DNA of 41,212 bases from a virus (taxonomy: Duplodnaviria; Heunggongvirae; Uroviricota; Caudoviricetes): IMG/VR virus record IMGVR_UViG_3300012984_000013, positions 77,581-118,792 of that record; one strand, 5' to 3'. The notes under the pieces are model-generated. The model was not told where the DNA came from. It searched no databases and saw only the letters and a program-made list of their open reading frames with translations. Both the position numbers and the translations under genes were made by a program. Numbering within the stretch: position 1 is the stretch's first letter; every line of letters begins with the position of its first letter. Positions 37,010-41,212 of this stretch are shown one piece after another.

Positions 37010-37259
37010 TTTTGGTTTTAATTACTTCTTCGTCAGCCTTTTTAAGAGCTTTTACTTTACTTTCATATTTCTTTGTCAATATTTCAATATTGATATTAAC
37101 ACTATCTAGTTTAAAATTTACTTTGTCCATTTCCTTTTTATACTCTATTGCTCTCTGTTTCTCATCATTTTTAGATGATTCAGATTTAATTAGTAGAATA
37201 CATAGTATAAAAACCACTAATGTTAGTAAAGTAGCTACTTTAGGAACTAAATTCTTCAT
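36921..37259 (-). CDS. i-spanin-like protein
   Basis: N-terminal TM followed by a long coiled coil; overlaps the next gene, in a lysis-type cassette. Confidence 0.5.
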   Translation of the reverse strand: MKNLVPKVATLLTLVVFILCILLIKSESSKNDEKQRAIEYKKEMDKVNFKLDSVNINIEILTKKYESKVKALKKADEEVIKTKNELKKIKSAPPVRYTDAELDSILTVYYPR

Positions 37260-37663
37260 AATTTAAGTAGTGTATCTGGTCCTAGAACTCCTTTAAGTAT
37301 TAAATATATAACAATTGCTTTTATAACCCATTTAAATGTGTCTTTAGCAGTCTCAATAGCTTCTGTTTTTAAGGATTTCTTAGTTTTTGATTCTATTTCC
37401 TTATCTTCATTTCTTCTATGAATCTCATGGATTTGTCGTTTAAGATCATCAATCTCATCTTCCAAATCGATTTGTTTATCAATAACTCCTTTGTGTTTGT
37501 TTTTAGAATCCCCATATAGACCAACATCCACTTTCTGGAGTAATTGAAGAATTGTATTAACGTTTTCTTTAATATCAGAAATTTCTCTTTCCACAAAAGT
37601 TATTTTTTGTTTTACTTCAGTAACATCCTTGTCCATCTTGATATATTGTTCTTCTGGGGTCAT
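37256..37663 (-). CDS. coiled-coil membrane protein (holin/antiholin-like)
   Basis: Coiled coil with a C-terminal TM (WVIKAIVIYLIL). Confidence 0.5.
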   Translation of the reverse strand: MTPEEQYIKMDKDVTEVKQKITFVEREISDIKENVNTILQLLQKVDVGLYGDSKNKHKGVIDKQIDLEDEIDDLKRQIHEIHRRNEDKEIESKTKKSLKTEAIETAKDTFKWVIKAIVIYLILKGVLGPDTLLKL

Positions 37664-37674
37664 TTTTCAAGAGT

Positions 37675-37857
37675 TTATTCATTAGGTTTATCCCAATCCT
37701 TAGCTAGGATTCCTATAAGTGTAACAACTACACCTAATCCTTCAGCCCATTCGGTAACAGTTATACTCTTTTTCCAAAGCATCAATGTTAGCATTCCTAT
37801 TACAAGGCCAGCCACTGAGGTTTTCCAATGAGTAATTATATTTTTAATAACTTTCAT
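37675..37857 (-). CDS. small two-TM holin-like protein
   Basis: HWKTSVAG...two hydrophobic helices...AKD, charged C-terminus. Confidence 0.55.
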   Translation of the reverse strand: MKVIKNIITHWKTSVAGLVIGMLTLMLWKKSITVTEWAEGLGVVVTLIGILAKDWDKPNE

Positions 37858-37858
37858 A

Positions 37859-38290
37859 TTATGCCAAAGATATAGTTAAAATATTAGAACTAGGATATTC
37901 TAGCACAAAATTTTCATTTGTTCGCGATTGAGCACTACCTTTATCATCATACCCAAGAAGATAGGATGTGCTTGGAATACCAGAATCAACATAAAATACG
38001 AATATTTGAGCAGACATAGTGCCTGTTATAGTCCAAGAGGTATTGGCTCCTTGGAACTCAATTCTTAAACTGGCTGTATTTTTATTAATTGCTTTGGAAC
38101 CAATTGTAGCTCCTCCTGCTGTATATCCAGTTGCTGTAATTTGATTACTTGAAACATCCCCAATTACAGTTTGGGTGGTCTGATTAATGGTAAAAGCATT
38201 ACATGCCATTACTTTAATAGTAGCACTATTCCAGTTAATTTGCTGATTTTGGAGTCTATAAATTCCTTCTAAGTAAGGTGAAGCTGCCAT
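37859..38290 (-). CDS. putative virion structural protein
   Basis: IKVM...VSSNQITATGYTAGG...WT...LLGYDD pattern seen in phage structural modules. Confidence 0.55.
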   Translation of the reverse strand: MAASPYLEGIYRLQNQQINWNSATIKVMACNAFTINQTTQTVIGDVSSNQITATGYTAGGATIGSKAINKNTASLRIEFQGANTSWTITGTMSAQIFVFYVDSGIPSTSYLLGYDDKGSAQSRTNENFVLEYPSSNILTISLA

Positions 38291-38312
38291 ATTTTTATTC
38301 TAATTAAAATGA

Positions 38313-41212
38313 TTATAAATTTTCTATTAAAAGTATTCCAGATACACCAACATAAGTATTTGCGTTAGGTGATGATACATCAATGATGATTTCGCCAGAA
38401 GTAGGAGTTATTGAATTTATTTCAATCCTTTGAGTCGTATTAAACAGAATATACTGATTTACTACAGTTGCTCCAATTGTAATTCGTAATGAATAATTTT
38501 GGTTCATTGTATCACCAAGATCCTGACAACCATACACATACACAGAATATGTTCTGGAATTATTTAAACCTGTAAATTTGACCCTTCCGTTAGTTATAGT
38601 GGGTGATACATAGAAACAATCCTTACTAAAGGATTTAGGTAACCCTCTATACTCCCCCGTCATTCTGTCAGAGAATACTTTTTGAGGTGTAAAGGTAGAC
38701 AAAGTATTGACAACAACAAAATTATAAGAGGATAAATTACCTAAAATGTCTAACAGATTTGATGTTGTTGCTCCATTTGTGTTTGAGGTTGCGTTATTTA
38801 CAGGAGAAGGGGATGTATTCCCAGAATCCCCTAGGTCCAGTAGAAACATTCTCTTATTTAGGAGAATTATATCAAGGTTATCTGACAGTCTATCAAGTAA
38901 GTCATCTTGATCATCCCCTGGAGGTAATACATCTATAAGTCTTTTTGCTAACCAATAATCTTCAATATTTAATGTGTTTTCTGCCCATTCCATATGACCA
39001 TATGCTGTCTCTACGGTATCTTTTGAAAATTTCCAGAACCACTTATCATAATCGAATGAAGCTTTATTACCTGATAAAGTGGATGATTTGCGTCTAGCTA
39101 CCTTATCATTCCAAACACTGGATGAGTGTCCTAGGTTATAATAAATACTCATTAAAGGAGCATATCTAGGGTTTAAAGGATTCATATACTGCCCATATCT
39201 AGGGGTATTTTGAGATGCCTGAGTACCATCTGTAGATCCATGATGTGACCATACTGCTATATCTAGGATTCTACTATAATCCATTTGATTAGCTCCAGTT
39301 CCAGCATTTTCTTGAGATCCAGATGCTGGAATCATAGCTGCAACTAACTCAGGATAAGCATCTGCAAATAAAGAGCATCCTCTTCCTCCTAGGGATAGAC
39401 CTGTTATGTATACTCTATTGATATTAATTCTATAATTGGCTATCATATAATCATACGCCCATTTAGGATACATTTGGGTTTGTCCACCATAAGATACGGC
39501 ATTTCCCCAAGAGGCTATACCTGCTGCGTGTGGGGCACATATAATATACCTATTATCAGGTCTATCTCCAGCAGCTATCATTTGTGGAATATATGTATCA
39601 TCCACATTTGCTACTGTACTACCAGAACCAACTTGTCCAGATCCTGTAAGAGATATAATTAAAGCATAATCATCAGAATTATTTAAATATCCTTCTGGTT
39701 GGAATATCCACATTCTATGAGTAGTAGAAGCTGGATTAATATAGTTATGGTTAGTAGTAATTGTAGCAGGAGATAAATCCTGTTGTACTGTAATGATACT
39801 AGCCCTAGCTATAGAATTTAGCGGACCAATAACAAGGTTACCTGGAGCAGATGGAATATTTATTGTACTTACTCTAGCTATTGAATTAGAAGGAGATATA
39901 GTAATAGGACCAGCAGCAACTGGTTTAGCAGTAACTATCATAGCTCCTATATACTGATAAAATCCAGGACCTCCACTAATATAAGATAAATTTATAACAA
40001 TCTCACTGCTACCATTTGGTGAAATATCCGTAAATATAACAGGAGTTATATTATCTGATACGTTGACAGTTTGTAAATTACCATTGATTGTAAATCCTTG
40101 AACTGTTGAGTTAGTTTTTCTACTAGCAAGTAATTTAATATCATATAACTTATTGATATTTAGTCCACTAAGAGTAATTATCATATAAGGAGTACCTGAT
40201 TTTAATCTACTATATCTAACTACAGCAGCAGGGAAATCAGATGAACTAACATATCCAGACCCATTGTCATTAGTACTTGTTTCAACACTAGTTACTTTAA
40301 CACCAACTGAGGTTGTAAAACCTAAATCATCTTCTAAATTAGGATATAATGTATTACTAACAGGTACTATATCATTCCAATCAGGTAATCCAGATAGTAC
40401 ACTTCCTGTAAAATTAATTTTTATAGTTTGTTCAGAAGTATCTGAAGGGGTTATTATAATATTAGATACTTCAGCAACTGCATTTGGAGGGGTTAAAATA
40501 ACACTATTTATATTGTTATTTTTTTCAATAATCATTGCATTTAGATACCCAAAACCTGAGGAAGGTAGAGCTTTAAATAAGACTGTTAGTATTCCTCCAG
40601 AGGGCTTTAATGATAATATATCACATGTATTTGAGTTATTAGTAGGCGTAGCTATCCCACTTCTATGTGTATTATTAACCACTGCTCCTACATATCTATT
40701 TGGTGCCCCCCCTTGTCTTGAAAATAGAAATTTAAGGTTATATAAATATGAATCATCTAATCCAGATATTGATATTTTTGGTTTTTTAAATTCATCTGTG
40801 CTATTTGCCCCCCAAAACCAAAAACTTCTAATTACATCTAATGGAAATACTCCAGCAGAACCACCTGCATCATCTATATTTTGAAAAGAATTAATGATAG
40901 TAACATCAATAGGTGTAATAGTGCCTGTATTATCAACTAAGTTTTCCAAAACTTCTCCTACATTAGGTATATCCCCTGATGGTAGAAACTTATTCCATCC
41001 AGGAACATTATTTGCGTTTAAACTACTTGTAAAGTTGACATTTAATACTTGTGATATGCTACCAGAATAAATAGGTTGTTCAAATGATATAGGAATAGAA
41101 TACATTGTGTATGTACTATCTATTCTTAATCCTCTTATTCTATACCATATAGTTTGATTACCATTTCTATCTACCGTATATTCATTAAAATTTCCAGGAA
41201 TACTAATATTTA
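38313..41212 (-). CDS. 5'-truncated large multidomain protein: repeated beta-sandwich domains plus alpha/beta serine hydrolase
   Basis: Frame is open upstream of the called ATG (41105) to the window edge (NISIPGNFNEYTVDRNGNQTIWYRIRGL, FN3-like). Hydrolase has LTGSGQ, RVYITGLSLGG (elbow 39387-39401) and HHGSTD. Confidence 0.75.
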   Translation of the reverse strand, partial: NISIPGNFNEYTVDRNGNQTIWYRIRGLRIDSTYTMYSIPISFEQPIYSGSISQVLNVNFTSSLNANNVPGWNKFLPSGDIPNVGEVLENLVDNTGTITPIDVTIINSFQNIDDAGGSAGVFPLDVIRSFWFWGANSTDEFKKPKISISGLDDSYLYNLKFLFSRQGGAPNRYVGAVVNNTHRSGIATPTNNSNTCDILSLKPSGGILTVLFKALPSSGFGYLNAMIIEKNNNINSVILTPPNAVAEVSNIIITPSDTSEQTIKINFTGSVLSGLPDWNDIVPVSNTLYPNLEDDLGFTTSVGVKVTSVETSTNDNGSGYVSSSDFPAAVVRYSRLKSGTPYMIITLSGLNINKLYDIKLLASRKTNSTVQGFTINGNLQTVNVSDNITPVIFTDISPNGSSEIVINLSYISGGPGFYQYIGAMIVTAKPVAAGPITISPSNSIARVSTINIPSAPGNLVIGPLNSIARASIITVQQDLSPATITTNHNYINPASTTHRMWIFQPEGYLNNSDDYALIISLTGSGQVGSGSTVANVDDTYIPQMIAAGDRPDNRYIICAPHAAGIASWGNAVSYGGQTQMYPKWAYDYMIANYRININRVYITGLSLGGRGCSLFADAYPELVAAMIPASGSQENAGTGANQMDYSRILDIAVWSHHGSTDGTQASQNTPRYGQYMNPLNPRYAPLMSIYYNLGHSSSVWNDKVARRKSSTLSGNKASFDYDKWFWKFSKDTVETAYGHMEWAENTLNIEDYWLAKRLIDVLPPGDDQDDLLDRLSDNLDIILLNKRMFLLDLGDSGNTSPSPVNNATSNTNGATTSNLLDILGNLSSYNFVVVNTLSTFTPQKVFSDRMTGEYRGLPKSFSKDCFYVSPTITNGRVKFTGLNNSRTYSVYVYGCQDLGDTMNQNYSLRITIGATVVNQYILFNTTQRIEINSITPTSGEIIIDVSSPNANTYVGVSGILLIENL

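Noticed and set aside
40264-40884. 206-aa + strand ORF and the other antisense ORFs in the track (e.g. 591-794, 16296-16652, 34762-36132, 37012-37831)
   Set aside because: They lie wholly opposite well-supported genes, have shadow-like composition and show no motifs.
1-41212. Genome-wide TAG recoding (as in some crAss-like phages)
   Set aside because: Genes are long and contiguous under the standard code, and TAG closes nrdJ right after its normal CSGGACELV end. Only the rIIA amber looks anomalous.

Overview
AT-rich, gene-dense fragment of a tailed dsDNA phage that most likely infects Bacteroidota. Three exact TTTG-N20-TAnnTTTG promoters and A-rich, SD-less starts support the host call, and the gene content resembles crAss-like/Flavobacterium-Cellulophaga phages. 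The window has two convergent blocks. (1) + strand, 1-28713: a 5'-truncated putative lysin, then replication, recombination and nucleotide-metabolism genes (SF2 helicase, Sak4-like ATPase, SSB-like protein, primase, DUF932-like protein, UDG-like protein, rIIA/rIIB, PD-(D/E)XK nuclease, ThyX, class II RNR, RecA, three NTP pyrophosphatases), ending in two GT2 glycosyltransferases and a SAM methyltransferase. (2) - strand, 28710-41212: tail/fibre-like proteins (two with serine-hydrolase domains), a holin/spanin-like cassette, a GT-A glycosyltransferase and uncalled micro-ORFs with poly-Thr tails. The blocks meet at one hairpin whose loop holds both stop codons. Main observations: (a) a candidate virion protein O-glycosylation system, in which an enzyme resembling plant peptide O-glycosyltransferases (GT95/GT96) is flanked by poly-Thr micro-proteins and sits next to GT2-GT2-methyltransferase; (b) all three free-standing homing endonuclease genes carry a short in-frame copy of the terminus of the neighbouring gene; (c) an isolated in-frame amber in rIIA; (d) a UDG whose GQDPY catalytic motif reads SWCPY. 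All family assignments come from motif recognition by eye; no database search was run. No tRNA, rRNA or CRISPR array was recognised.
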